NCBI GenBank assembly: GCA_937927735.1
Contig: CALBRZ010000133.1
Location: forward strand, 71,903-135,902
DNA from: an uncultured Planctomycetales bacterium
GTDB lineage: Bacteria > Planctomycetota > Planctomycetia > Pirellulales > S012-138
DNA: 64,000 nucleotides
Direction: 5' to 3'
Part shown: positions 8,345 to 17,718 of the stretch, piece by piece
Layout of the letters: each line of letters begins with the position of its first letter
Numbering within the stretch: the stretch's first letter is position 1
The notes under the pieces: generated by a model
Told to the model about the DNA's origin: nothing
The model's input: the letters and a program-made list of their open reading frames with translations, nothing else
The model's database searches: none
Position numbers and translations under genes: made by a program

Positions 8345-11300
8345 ATGTTCGCGAGCTTTTCGTACGCCTTGTTCGCGCAAGCCGCGGGGGCGAACAACGC
8401 CGCAGCTCAAGCCGGTGCCGACGGAGTCGGCCCCGGCCTGAAACTGCTGATCATTGTCGCCATCGTCGCCCTGTCTTACGTCCTGGGGCGATTCCTCAGT
8501 AGCCGGCTCCGCATGCCGGATACCTCGTGGCGCATCTCCTTGGTCCTCTTCGCCTTGCTGCTGAGCGGCCTGATCGTCGCCACGGGCACCGTCAAGCTGG
8601 GCATCGACCTGGCCGGTGGTGCGATCTTCGTCTACGAGTACGAACCGCGCGAGGGGCAGGACTTCCAGATCGATCGGCTGATCGCCGCCGTTCGCGAGCG
8701 TATCGACCCCGCCGGCGTGCAGCAGATCACGATCCGGCCCTTTGGCGTGAACCAGATCGAGATCATCGTGCCGGAGATTCCGGCGGCCGAGATCGAACAG
8801 CTCCAGAATAAGATCGAAAACCTGGGCGAACTGGAGTTCTTGATCACCGCCAACCACAACGATCACCAGCCCATCATCCAGATCGCGACCCGCGAAGGGG
8901 CGCCCAAGCAAATCATTCGCGACGGCCGGCTGTTGGCCTCGTGGATTCCCGTTCAGAACAAGCCCGACACCATCGAGTCCATGAGCCGGGGCGACTACAT
9001 CACCCGCACCGGCGAGAATGGCCGCCTCGAAGTGCTCGTGGTCCATCCCACCAGCGAATCGCAGCGGGTGACGGGCACCAACCTGTTGCGCGTGGCCCCC
9101 GAAATCGATCCCCAAGGCCGGCCCTCGCTCAGCTTCCACTTCGATGCGGAAGGCGGTCGGGCCTTTGCCAATCTGACCCGGGCCAACCAGCCCACGGGCC
9201 TGGAAAGCGGCCGGCCGTTCTACCGGCATCTGGCCGTGGTGCTTAACGGCGAGATTGCCTCGGCCCCGACGATCAACGCGGTGATCAGTACTGACGGCGT
9301 GATCGAAGGTAACTTCACCGTACAGGAGCGCGATGAACTGATCGCCGTGCTCAACGCCGGTGCGCTGCCTGCCGAGCTGACCCCCACCCGGGCTCGCTTC
9401 GTCGCTGCCACGCTGGGCGAAGACATGGTCCGCCGGGGTAAGTTTTCGATCGCGGCATCGCTCGTAGCAGTGCTGCTGTTCGTACTGGTGTACTACCGCT
9501 TTGCCGGCTTCGTGGCCTGCTTGGCCCTGCTGGCAAACCTGCTGCTGATCATGGCCTTGATGATCTCCGTCAAGGCAGCGTTCACTCTGGCCGGCCTGGC
9601 AGGTTTGGTGCTCACGGTCGGTATGGCGGTCGACGCCAACGTGCTGATCTTCGAGCGCATCCGTGAAGAACTCGATCGCGGAGCCGCCCTGCGGATGGCC
9701 ATCCGCAACGGCTTCTCCCGGGCCACGACCACCATCGTGGACTCCAACCTGACGACGCTCATCACGGCCGTGGTGCTGTACGTGATCGGCACCGACGAAC
9801 TCCGCGGCTTCGCCATCATCCTCATCCTGGGCATCCTGATGAGCATGTTCACGGCGATCTTCTGCTCGCGGCTGGTGTTCGACATCGCCGAGCGGCGCCG
9901 CTGGATCGGCAGCCTGAACATGATGAACCTGATTCGCAATGCGAATTACGACTTCATGGGCAAGCGTGCCGCGTGCCTCACGTTCTCGCTGATCCTGATT
10001 GCCATCGGCCTGGTCGCCGTGGTGGCCCGCGGTCGTTCGATCCTGGGCATCGACTTCACCGGCGGTACTTCGGCGGAAGTGCTGTTCCGCGAAGGCGCCG
10101 ACATCGACATCACCAAGTTCCGCGCCGACATCGACGGCCGCGACGGCTGGAATAATCGTGTGGCTGCCGCCACCCGCGACAACATCCTGGAACTGGTCGG
10201 CCTCCAAGTTGACCGTCAGGTCCGGGCCGCCCTCGAAAGGGCCAACATCCTGCCGCGGTCGATCATCTTGGCGACCGTGGAGGCCGAGCGCGATGGCACG
10301 GCGTTGAACGTCGACCTCAATCTGCCTGAGCCCAAGCCGATTGCCGAGTTCACCGATGAAGAGTTCGCCGCCTACAAGAACGCGGCCATGCTTCCCGACA
10401 CGGCGATCAGCGAAATCACCCAGATCGACGAATCCGATCCGCGGAAGCACTTTTACCTCAACACCTCCAATGCCGATGGCACGGTGGTGGAGGCCGTCTT
10501 GACCCAACTGTTCAAGGGTCAATTGGCCAGTAACAGCATCGTGAGCGTGCAACTAGCCGGCGGCCAGGAAGAGCCGGGGCCGAAGACCTCGCTGCGGCGG
10601 CGGACACGCAGCGGCGGCGACCTGCTGATCGCCGCGGCCGATGATCAGGTTCTGCCGGTGCTGCTGGCGCAGAACACGGCCGCCCCGGCCGCGGGCGCGG
10701 CGGCTCCGGCCGGCGATGCCCAAGCGGTTGCCGATGATGCCGGCGACGAAGTCGCTCCCGGTTATGATCCGCGGCAGCCAGCGCTGGAGTTCCAGTTGAA
10801 GTTCGCGGAACTGATCAGCCACGACGACGTGGTGAAGCTGCTCCAGAACTCGGCCTTGCCGCCCGGCACCGAAGTGACGGCCACCCACCCGGACTACACG
10901 CCCGGCAGCACCGTCTCCTTCGACACCTGGACGGTAAGCATCCCGGCCAGCGAAGCCGAAGCTCGCGCGGCTATTGCCCAGGCCAACGACATCCTGGCCA
11001 CGCAGCCGTACTTCCCCTCGATCGACAACATCCAGGGTAGTGTGGCGGCCCGGACCGCCGGCCAGGCCATCGCGGCGATCTTCGCCTGCCTGGTGGGCAT
11101 CGTGATCTACATCTGGATCCGGTTCCAGCGGGTATCGTATGGTCTGGCGGCGGCAATCGCCCTGGTGCACGACGTGCTCATCGTGCTGGGTGCGGTGGCC
11201 ATTTCGGCTTACCTGGTCGCCATCCCGTTCATCGATCCGTTCAAGATCTCGCTGGACATGGTGGCCGCGTTCCTCACGATCATGGGTTACTCGCTGAACG

Positions 11301-11626
11301 ACACGATCGTGATCTTCGACCGCATCCGCGAAGTGAAGGGCAAGAGCCCGAACATCACCATTGCGATGCTCAACCGCAGCATCAACCAGACGCTGTCGCG
11401 TACGTTGCTCACCTCGGGTACGACGTTGATCGTGACGGTGATTCTGTTCTTCTTCGCCGGCCAGGCGATCCACGGTTTTGCCTTCGCCCTGTGCGTCGGC
11501 GTGGTGTTCGGTACCTACAGCTCGATCTTCATCGCCGCTCCGCTGCTGGCGTGGCTCAGCAAGACGCCGGTGGATGAGCACGCGACCGAGGCTGTTCCGG
11601 CCAAGCCGCTGCCCAGCAGCGTGTAA
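8345..11626 (+). CDS. secDF: Protein translocase subunit SecDF fusion, with an expanded periplasmic domain in the SecF half
   Basis: 1093 aa. The SecD block reads LGEDMVRRGKFSIAASLVAVLLFVLVYYRFAGFVA..GLAGLVLTVGMAVDANVLIFERIREE. The SecF block reads YGLAAAIALVHDVLIVLGAVA..MGYSLNDTIVIFDRIRE. A terminator follows at 11669..11710. Confidence 0.9.
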   Translation: MFASFSYALFAQAAGANNAAAQAGADGVGPGLKLLIIVAIVALSYVLGRFLSSRLRMPDTSWRISLVLFALLLSGLIVATGTVKLGIDLAGGAIFVYEYEPREGQDFQIDRLIAAVRERIDPAGVQQITIRPFGVNQIEIIVPEIPAAEIEQLQNKIENLGELEFLITANHNDHQPIIQIATREGAPKQIIRDGRLLASWIPVQNKPDTIESMSRGDYITRTGENGRLEVLVVHPTSESQRVTGTNLLRVAPEIDPQGRPSLSFHFDAEGGRAFANLTRANQPTGLESGRPFYRHLAVVLNGEIASAPTINAVISTDGVIEGNFTVQERDELIAVLNAGALPAELTPTRARFVAATLGEDMVRRGKFSIAASLVAVLLFVLVYYRFAGFVACLALLANLLLIMALMISVKAAFTLAGLAGLVLTVGMAVDANVLIFERIREELDRGAALRMAIRNGFSRATTTIVDSNLTTLITAVVLYVIGTDELRGFAIILILGILMSMFTAIFCSRLVFDIAERRRWIGSLNMMNLIRNANYDFMGKRAACLTFSLILIAIGLVAVVARGRSILGIDFTGGTSAEVLFREGADIDITKFRADIDGRDGWNNRVAAATRDNILELVGLQVDRQVRAALERANILPRSIILATVEAERDGTALNVDLNLPEPKPIAEFTDEEFAAYKNAAMLPDTAISEITQIDESDPRKHFYLNTSNADGTVVEAVLTQLFKGQLASNSIVSVQLAGGQEEPGPKTSLRRRTRSGGDLLIAAADDQVLPVLLAQNTAAPAAGAAAPAGDAQAVADDAGDEVAPGYDPRQPALEFQLKFAELISHDDVVKLLQNSALPPGTEVTATHPDYTPGSTVSFDTWTVSIPASEAEARAAIAQANDILATQPYFPSIDNIQGSVAARTAGQAIAAIFACLVGIVIYIWIRFQRVSYGLAAAIALVHDVLIVLGAVAISAYLVAIPFIDPFKISLDMVAAFLTIMGYSLNDTIVIFDRIREVKGKSPNITIAMLNRSINQTLSRTLLTSGTTLIVTVILFFFAGQAIHGFAFALCVGVVFGTYSSIFIAAPLLAWLSKTPVDEHATEAVPAKPLPSSV

Positions 11627-11668
11627 GACCGCCGACGACGAGCTAAGACCGATCGGTTGACAACTCAG

Positions 11669-11710
11669 CAGCCGGGTTTGCCAACACAGGCAAGCCCGGC
11701 TGTTTTTGTT
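11669..11710 (+). terminator. Rho-independent terminator after secDF
   Basis: A 14-bp stem (cagccgggtttgcc / ggcaagcccggctg, one G-U pair) with loop aacaca is followed by tttttgtt. Confidence 0.7.
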
Positions 11711-11954
11711 GGGTCCGATCGAATTGGTTGGTGCGATCGAACGGATTATGACGCCGCTTTGTGGGGGGAACCGCGATCGGAGCGCCCCTCAAGCGCTCCG
11801 CGGGCAGGCCGGTCATCGCCGCGTGCAAACCTCCCCCCGGCTGGGTAGGCTGGCAGTTACGTTGGGCGCCGGCGGCGCTGTCGGCCATAACGTATGCTTG
11901 CCGTACCGACGATGTATCCGTTCTTGCTCCATATCTGCTCTGGCGAGGTAGGCC

Positions 11955-12398
11955 ATGAAACGTACTACGCTGATTCCTCTGGCGGTCGCCGCGTTGGTTC
12001 TGTTGGGCTCCGGCATCACCATCGCCCAGTTCATCGAGCCCGTCCCGCCGCTGCGTCCCGGTGGATTGCTGAACCAGGCCCGCCCGGAATACGAGCAGTC
12101 GATTGAGATTCAGCCCGGCCAGTCGTTCCTGATCCACGGGAGCGACGACATCGCCGTTGAGGTGTACGTCGACGTGCCGATCTCGGTCAACGAAACGCTC
12201 ACCTACGAAAACCCGGTGACTGGCCGCCGGTTTGTGATCCCCAACCAGGCCGCCGTGCGTTTGCAGGGGCCGGTGGTCATCTCCCGGGGCGCGGATAGCG
12301 CCACGGTTGCCAAGTGGTTCTTGCGCTGGCGGTACGTCGACACGATGTTCAACTTCAGCCGCAACCAGATCCTCAATGCCGGTCCGGCAGGGCGGTAG
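11955..12398 (+). CDS. Exported hypothetical protein
   Basis: The N-terminus MKRTTLIPLAVAALVLLGSGITIAQ is signal-peptide-like. The codon third-position GC bias matches neighbouring genes. I recognise no family. Confidence 0.6.
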   Translation: MKRTTLIPLAVAALVLLGSGITIAQFIEPVPPLRPGGLLNQARPEYEQSIEIQPGQSFLIHGSDDIAVEVYVDVPISVNETLTYENPVTGRRFVIPNQAAVRLQGPVVISRGADSATVAKWFLRWRYVDTMFNFSRNQILNAGPAGR

Positions 12399-12507
12399 CG
12401 AGTGCGCAAGCCAAGCGCGGCGGCACCTGGAACGGCTTACCAGAGCGAGGCGGTTAGCGCTTTACCGATGAGTTCCCCGGCGGGATAGTCGTTTACTTCG
12501 CGACCGT

Positions 12508-14466
12508 TCATTTCACGGCCGGCTGCCCAGCGAGCTTGGGATGCGTGAACAGCGCGAGCAGGGCTTCAAGGCTGGGCGGCTTTACCAGGTGCTCGTCGAA
12601 GCCGGCCGCCATCGAACGGCTGATGTCTTCGGCTTGCCCATACCCGGTGACAGCCACCAGCAGCGCATCCGTCAGCCCCAGTTCGCCGCGGAGCCGCCGG
12701 GCGACTTCGTATCCATCCATCCGGGGCAGGCCAATATCCAGCAGGATGATCTCAGGCCGATGGGCAGCAGCCGCCTGGAGGGCCTCGGGGCCATCGTGCG
12801 CCAGGTCGACTTCCTCGGCGCCGTAATGCAGCAGCAACAGCCGCAGCATCTTGGCGGCGCCCACATTATCGTCGACGACCAGGAACCGCCGCGACGGCAA
12901 CTGGCTGACACCAGGACGCTGGGCCGGCGTCTGACTGGTCGCGGCATGGATGGGCAAGTTCACGACGAACTCGCTCCCACATCCTGGGCCACGACTGTAG
13001 GCCGCCACGGTGCCATCGTGTAACTCAACCAGGTTGCGCACCAGGGTCAGGCCCAGCCCCAGCCCGCCCTGCGAGCGATCGATGGTGCGTTCGGACTGGA
13101 TAAACAGCTCAAACACGTGGGGCAGCAGTGCCGGCGCAATGCCGATGCCATTGTCTTTGACCGCGATGGTGACGCCGTCGCGGCTGCATCGCGCCGTCAA
13201 CTGAATCTCGCCGCCGGGATCGGTGTACTTGGCCGCGTTGTGCAGCAGGTTGGTGAGCACCTGGGTCATGCGCACCGGATCCGCGTACAGGTATACCGGC
13301 TCCGAAGGCAGCGCAACGTGCAAGTGGTGATCCCGCTCGGTCATCAGCGGTCTCACCGCTTCGACAGCTCGAGTGATGATCGTCCGAAGCGGCACCGTCT
13401 CGCGCCGCAGTTCGATCCGGCCGGTGACAATCCGCGAGACATCCAACAGGTCGTCGACTAGCCGCACCACGTGGGCGACCTGTTCCTGCATCAACTGGAT
13501 GGCTTCGCTCTCGCCATGTTCGACCGCCAGCAGGTCCAGCCCGCTGCGAATGGGCGCTAGCGGATTGCGCAGCTCGTGGGCGAGCATGGCGAGGAATTCG
13601 TTCTTGCGGCGGTCGGCCTCGGTCAGTTCTTCCGCCCGTTGCCGTAGCGTCTGCTGGCTCTGCCGCCGCTCGCTCACATCACGGAACACCAGTACCACGC
13701 CAATCAGATTGCCGTTGGCGTCACGGATCGGGGCCGCGGTATCGTCGATGGGCCGCTCGGTACCGTCGCGGGCAACGAGCAGCGTGTGGTTCGCCAGCTC
13801 CACAACCGTGCCGTGGCGGAGCACCTTGCTCACCGGGCTTTCGATCGCCTCGCGGCTCGTCTCGTCGATGATGCAAAACACCTCGTCCAGCGGTCTGCCA
13901 ACGGCCTCGCCACCCGGCCAGCCGGTGAGCGTTTCGGCGACCGGATTAAGGAAGGTCACACTGCCTGCGGCGTCGGTCGTGATGACCGCATCTCCGATAC
14001 TGGAGAGCGTGACCTGAAGCCAGTCGGTCTGCTCCCGCAGCCGCCGCTCCACCAGACGGCGGAGACGCACTTCGGCGTTCAACTCCGCGAGCTTCTGGTT
14101 CAGGGCAAGAAACCGGTTCTCCGGCCCTTCGCGCGAGGCAAACCGCAGCACGATTTGCGTGTGTTGGCCCTCGGGATCAAAATGCAGTACCGCTCCATAG
14201 CAGCGGCACTTGGATACCCGGCCGTCGTCGCCGTGCACTTCGGCAGCTCCAACCACCGGGTTGGCGGTGCGGGCACACATTCGCAAGTAATCGTTCAAGC
14301 CGGGCGCTGCGGCAATCTCAGACAGGTGCCGGCCGGGAAGCCGCTCGGGCGCGAGGCCCAGTTGCCGCATGTGCCGGTTCGCCGCGAGCACGCGGCCTTG
14401 GCGGGATAGCAGCAAGGCAGGCTCAGCGTTGAGATCGGCCAGGCGACGAAAGTCGTCGGGAGACAT
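12508..14466 (-). CDS. Hybrid sensor histidine kinase / response regulator (PAS-PAS-HisKA-HATPase-REC)
   Basis: Internal start MSPDDFRRLADLN (ATG at 14466). H-box FLAMLAHELRNPLAPI; ATPase G-boxes DNGIGI and GGLGLGLTLVRNLVELHDG; receiver domain FLVVDDNVGAAKM..LLDIGLPRMDGYEVARRLR. Confidence 0.9.
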   Translation of the reverse strand: MSPDDFRRLADLNAEPALLLSRQGRVLAANRHMRQLGLAPERLPGRHLSEIAAAPGLNDYLRMCARTANPVVGAAEVHGDDGRVSKCRCYGAVLHFDPEGQHTQIVLRFASREGPENRFLALNQKLAELNAEVRLRRLVERRLREQTDWLQVTLSSIGDAVITTDAAGSVTFLNPVAETLTGWPGGEAVGRPLDEVFCIIDETSREAIESPVSKVLRHGTVVELANHTLLVARDGTERPIDDTAAPIRDANGNLIGVVLVFRDVSERRQSQQTLRQRAEELTEADRRKNEFLAMLAHELRNPLAPIRSGLDLLAVEHGESEAIQLMQEQVAHVVRLVDDLLDVSRIVTGRIELRRETVPLRTIITRAVEAVRPLMTERDHHLHVALPSEPVYLYADPVRMTQVLTNLLHNAAKYTDPGGEIQLTARCSRDGVTIAVKDNGIGIAPALLPHVFELFIQSERTIDRSQGGLGLGLTLVRNLVELHDGTVAAYSRGPGCGSEFVVNLPIHAATSQTPAQRPGVSQLPSRRFLVVDDNVGAAKMLRLLLLHYGAEEVDLAHDGPEALQAAAAHRPEIILLDIGLPRMDGYEVARRLRGELGLTDALLVAVTGYGQAEDISRSMAAGFDEHLVKPPSLEALLALFTHPKLAGQPAVK

Positions 14467-14483
14467 CACAAGCGTCCTACCCT

Positions 14484-15026
14484 TCAGCCTCGAAAGTATT
14501 CGCGTCCCCAGCCGGCCTGGGCCTCGGCCGTCGGCTTCAGATACACGACCACACGGCAACAGGCCTGACCTTGGGCGATGGACTCTTGAATGTCGACCTT
14601 GGCGTAGCCGAGGTTTTCGGCCGCGATGACGCCCAGCACGTTGGAGGTCATCATGCACAGGGCAGGGCGGTTGAGCACCTTGTCGCCAAAGGGGCACGTC
14701 CGGTTGCCCAGCACGATCTTTTCGTCGTCCTGCTCGATCACGTAGAAGTCGCCCTCAATCCGCCGCTTGAAATCGACCAGCACCTGGGCGACTTGCTGGG
14801 CATTGAGCCGCTGCACGGCCAGCCCCTGCCGGTACGAGGCGTTGATCTGGTCGCCAATCCGCTGCCCCACCACGCTGATGTAGCCGGCGGCTTCCTCCTG
14901 GCCCACCACTTCCTCCAGGGTGCCGGCCAGTTCCCGCAGCAGCGAACGTAGAAACACGTCGCGGTCCAGCCGCAGGTCCAGGTCGGCGATCACGGGCAGT
15001 TCGCTGGCAGGGGCGTGCTGGGTCAT
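14484..15026 (-). CDS. Small Cys-containing ligand-binding-type protein (V4R / methanogen-output-domain-like); function unknown
   Basis: ORF 14484..15059, with [11 protein letters not shown] at 15026 preferred over the TTG at 15059. Conserved-looking text: [36 protein letters not shown] and QACCRVVVY. The stop is 17 nt upstream of the kinase start on the same strand. The family assignment is from memory only. Confidence 0.55.
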   Translation of the reverse strand: MTQHAPASELPVIADLDLRLDRDVFLRSLLRELAGTLEEVVGQEEAAGYISVVGQRIGDQINASYRQGLAVQRLNAQQVAQVLVDFKRRIEGDFYVIEQDDEKIVLGNRTCPFGDKVLNRPALCMMTSNVLGVIAAENLGYAKVDIQESIAQGQACCRVVVYLKPTAEAQAGWGREYFRG

Positions 15027-15902
15027 GATGGTGAACAGGGGAGTGCGGGTACGTACCAAAAGCAGGCGGGATCGGCGCCTCCGCCGTGGGCGGACGAAGA
15101 GTCAGCAGGGCTGCCGTATTGGCCAAGTCGGCGAGCGCCGGAAACGGCACCACTCCCAATAGCCAAGCGCATGCCAAACCGGCACGGGCAACGTCACAAA
15201 CGGCAAGACGACAGCAAAGGGAAGCAATCCCTCGGGAGCAGCGCGCATCAAGCCCCGCGCGCCCTCAACGCATTCCGTAAGAAAACTGGCCCTTCTTCCT
15301 GGTTCCGCCACACACTTTTGTCAACACCAGCCGACGAAAGCGCACTCGTAAGTTCGATGCGTCCGTGTGGGGAGTCGTGGCTGTCGTCGCCCGAGCGCCT
15401 ACGGCTGGGTCCACCTGATACAGTACCGCGTCAAACGAGCACCGAAACGGGGAACACTTAGCCATCTACCATGCTGCTTTTCCCCACTAGTTGTGGGATT
15501 GTCCACTGGGGAACGGCTTTTCCGTGACGCGCGGAATCGGCGCCAAAAGGTTTTCGTATTCTGAGGTTGGAGCCGTCACCACCCCGCATGCCGACAAATT
15601 GTCGTACCCATTGGGCCGCAGAAGCCGGTTCAAAACGGGGGCGGTGATCCTTGCATGCCCCTCCCCAAAACCCACTCACCTGGGGCAAAGCGAACGCGCG
15701 GCTGCGCCGCCTTGCGGGCAAGACATCGCCGCAGCGTAGGATGCTGGCCGCGGCCGATACAGAGTTCATAATGACATGACAGGTGCCAGGGGAATGCTGG
15801 CGGCACTGGCCTGGCCGCGGTCGTAACCTTGCCGGTCCAACCACGGCCGAGCAGCCTGCCCTGGTGTCATCTCAACCAACAATCCATCAGCGGAGGTCAG
15901 TC

Positions 15903-16439
15903 GTGGAACGAATTGACGCGTTGCGGGAACAAATGCCAGAGTCGTGCCGGGACATGCGTTTGAACCTGTCCTCGGTGCTGCAAAGCACGGTGCTGACGCC
16001 CAAGCAGGCGTTCGCGGCAGCCCTGGCATCGGCATATTTCCTGGGCGCGCAATCGCTGGCCGAAGCTCTCATCGCCGATGGCCGCGACCTGTTGAGCGAC
16101 GACGATATTGCCGACGCCCAGGCAGCGGCGTCGTTGATGGGCATGAACACCGTGTATTACCGCACCCGGCACATGCTCAAGAATGAGGCCTACCAGCAGC
16201 GGCGGCCGAGCCTGCGGATGAACCGGATGGCCAACCCGCCCGGCGGCAAGGCGCAGTTCGAACTGTGTGCCATGGCGTGCGCGGCACTCGCCGGTTGCGA
16301 GGCCTGCCTCAACGCCCACGAGGCCAGCCTGCTCAAGGAAGGCCTGAACGAAGACCAGGTTCACGAGGCGATCCGGATCGCCGCCGTGATCAACGGCTCG
16401 GCCATCGCGCTGCGTCTGGCCAAGCCGTCGGGCGGCTGA
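15903..16439 (+). CDS. ahpD: Alkylhydroperoxidase AhpD-family protein (carboxymuconolactone decarboxylase superfamily)
   Basis: The active-site motif CEACLNAH (CxxCxxxH) is present, and the N-terminus VERIDALREQMPE..RLNLSSVL is AhpD-like. GTG at 15903 is preceded by GGAGG (15893..15897). The track ORF begins further upstream at 15783. Confidence 0.8.
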   Translation: MERIDALREQMPESCRDMRLNLSSVLQSTVLTPKQAFAAALASAYFLGAQSLAEALIADGRDLLSDDDIADAQAAASLMGMNTVYYRTRHMLKNEAYQQRRPSLRMNRMANPPGGKAQFELCAMACAALAGCEACLNAHEASLLKEGLNEDQVHEAIRIAAVINGSAIALRLAKPSGG

Positions 16440-16469
16440 GCTTTCACCGTCTAACTTCGTTACATTAAC

Positions 16470-16512
16470 GCCTGCCCCCAACGTCCTCGCCGGACGTCAC
16501 CAGGGGGCAGGC
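16470..16512 (+). terminator. Hairpin terminator candidate after ahpD
   Basis: An outer 10-bp stem (gcctgccccc / gggggcaggc) encloses an inner stem (acgtcc / ggacgt). A U-containing stretch (catgttttgt) lies a few nt downstream. Confidence 0.45.
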
Positions 16513-16650
16513 AATTCCATCATGTTTTGTAGCGCGGCCCTGTCTGAAATCTGCCCCGGCTCCCGCCGCAAACCGTGCTGTGCTACAACGCGTTGAAGCA
16601 AGCTCTGTTTCGTTTGGCCGCAGGGGCCAAACTTCGTTGAGGCCAAGCTA

Positions 16651-17571
16651 GTGAAGCTGTTCCGCAGTCTGGAAGAACTGCCCGACCAATTTCGATCCGG
16701 CGCGGTCACGGTGGGCAATTTCGACGGCGTCCATCGCGGCCACGCCGGGCTCGTGGAACGTTTGTTGGCGGCCGCACGCCGCGTAGGCGGGCCGGCCCTG
16801 GTGTTTACGTTCGATCCGCACCCGGTCCGGCTGCTGCGACCCGAACAGTGTCCCCCGCCGCTGACCTGGACCGATCGCAAAGCCCAACTGCTGGCCGAGC
16901 TGGGCGTGGATGCCACGTTGGCCTACCCCACCGATCGCCGCCTGCTGGAGCTCACGCCGCGGGAGTTTTTCGACCATCTGATCCGCGAGCAGCTCGACGC
17001 CAAGGCCCTGGTCGAGGGCCCCAACTTCTATTTTGGCCGCGACCGGGCGGGGGATGTCGAACTGTTGGGGCAATACTGCCGCGAAGCCGGCATCTCGCTC
17101 GAAATCGTCCCGGCCCTGGAGATCGACTGCCAGACGGTGTCCAGCAGCCGCGTCCGCCGATTGATTGCCGCCGGCCACATCGACGAGGCCACGGCACTGC
17201 TCACCAGGCCGTACCGCATCCGAGGCATGGTCGTCCACGGAGCCGGCCGCGGGGCCCAGATCGGTTTCCCCACGGCCAACATCGGAGCGATCGATACGCT
17301 GCTGCCCGGCCCGGGCGTGTACGCCGGCCGGCTGCTGGTTGGGCAGGAAATCTGGCCGGCGGCGATCAACGTGGGCCCCAACCCGACGTTCGGCGAGCAG
17401 GCCCTGAAGGTGGAGGTCCACGCCATCGGCTACCATGGTTCGCTGTACGGCGAGGCGGTCGAGGTTGACTTTCTCAGCCGCTTGCGTGACATTCGCAGCT
17501 TCGAAGGAGTCGACGCCTTGCGGGCCCAATTGGTCCAGGACGTCGAACAGGCCAAACGCATTGCCGCATGA
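16651..17571 (+). CDS. ribF: Bifunctional riboflavin kinase / FMN adenylyltransferase
   Basis: The FAD-synthetase N-terminal signature is VTVGNFDGVHRGHAGL. The riboflavin kinase block is GMVVHGAGRGAQIGFPTANI..PGVYAG. The start codon is GTG. Confidence 0.9.
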   Translation: MKLFRSLEELPDQFRSGAVTVGNFDGVHRGHAGLVERLLAAARRVGGPALVFTFDPHPVRLLRPEQCPPPLTWTDRKAQLLAELGVDATLAYPTDRRLLELTPREFFDHLIREQLDAKALVEGPNFYFGRDRAGDVELLGQYCREAGISLEIVPALEIDCQTVSSSRVRRLIAAGHIDEATALLTRPYRIRGMVVHGAGRGAQIGFPTANIGAIDTLLPGPGVYAGRLLVGQEIWPAAINVGPNPTFGEQALKVEVHAIGYHGSLYGEAVEVDFLSRLRDIRSFEGVDALRAQLVQDVEQAKRIAA

Positions 17572-17718
17572 ACGGGGCCGAGGATCGCCTGGGCGCCGCT
17601 ACTGACCGCGGGCGTGGTCGGGCCGCTCACCCGGCCGGCACCGGTGCCAGTTTCTTCTCCTTCCCCGCACGGCTTATTCGAACAGCTTCCTTATTCAGCG
17701 CCGGACTGCACACACGCC

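Noticed and set aside
8285-10552. A 755-aa minus-strand ORF, together with similar very long ORFs at 19603..21594, 23477..25279, 25433..26722, 33946..35580, 39339..40916, 45780..47039, 51346..53232, 59778..61412 and 61431..62828
   Set aside because: Each lies antisense to, or out of frame with, a gene that has clear family signatures (secDF, cytochrome b, the RND pump, ribE/rsmA, the halogenase, GH105, acs, and the ALDH-like and ligase-like genes). Their translations are Arg/Gly/His/Asp/Pro-rich with no motifs. One even spans two adjacent real genes. These are typical stop-codon-poor shadow frames in high-GC DNA.
12508-14697. N-terminal extensions implied by the longest-ORF coordinates for many genes. 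Examples are 14697 for the kinase, 4435 for the asparaginase, 6243 for the transporter, 38751 for the amidohydrolase, 40688 for the halogenase, 54553 for tadB and 61505 for the ALDH-like gene.
   Set aside because: The extensions are Arg/Pro/Gly-rich. They often overlap the upstream gene or its terminator. They precede internal ATG codons that begin recognisable signal peptides or conserved N-termini, several with GGAG-type ribosome-binding sites. I therefore used the internal starts.
15015-15844. Track ORFs inside the long ahpD-upstream spacer (148, 128, 82, 69, 66, 65, 64 and 62 aa)
   Set aside because: Their composition is nonsense-like and I saw no convincing ribosome-binding sites or motifs. 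The one ORF I counted (15102..15311) has lower third-position GC than the real genes I checked. I therefore treat the region as non-coding pending expression data.
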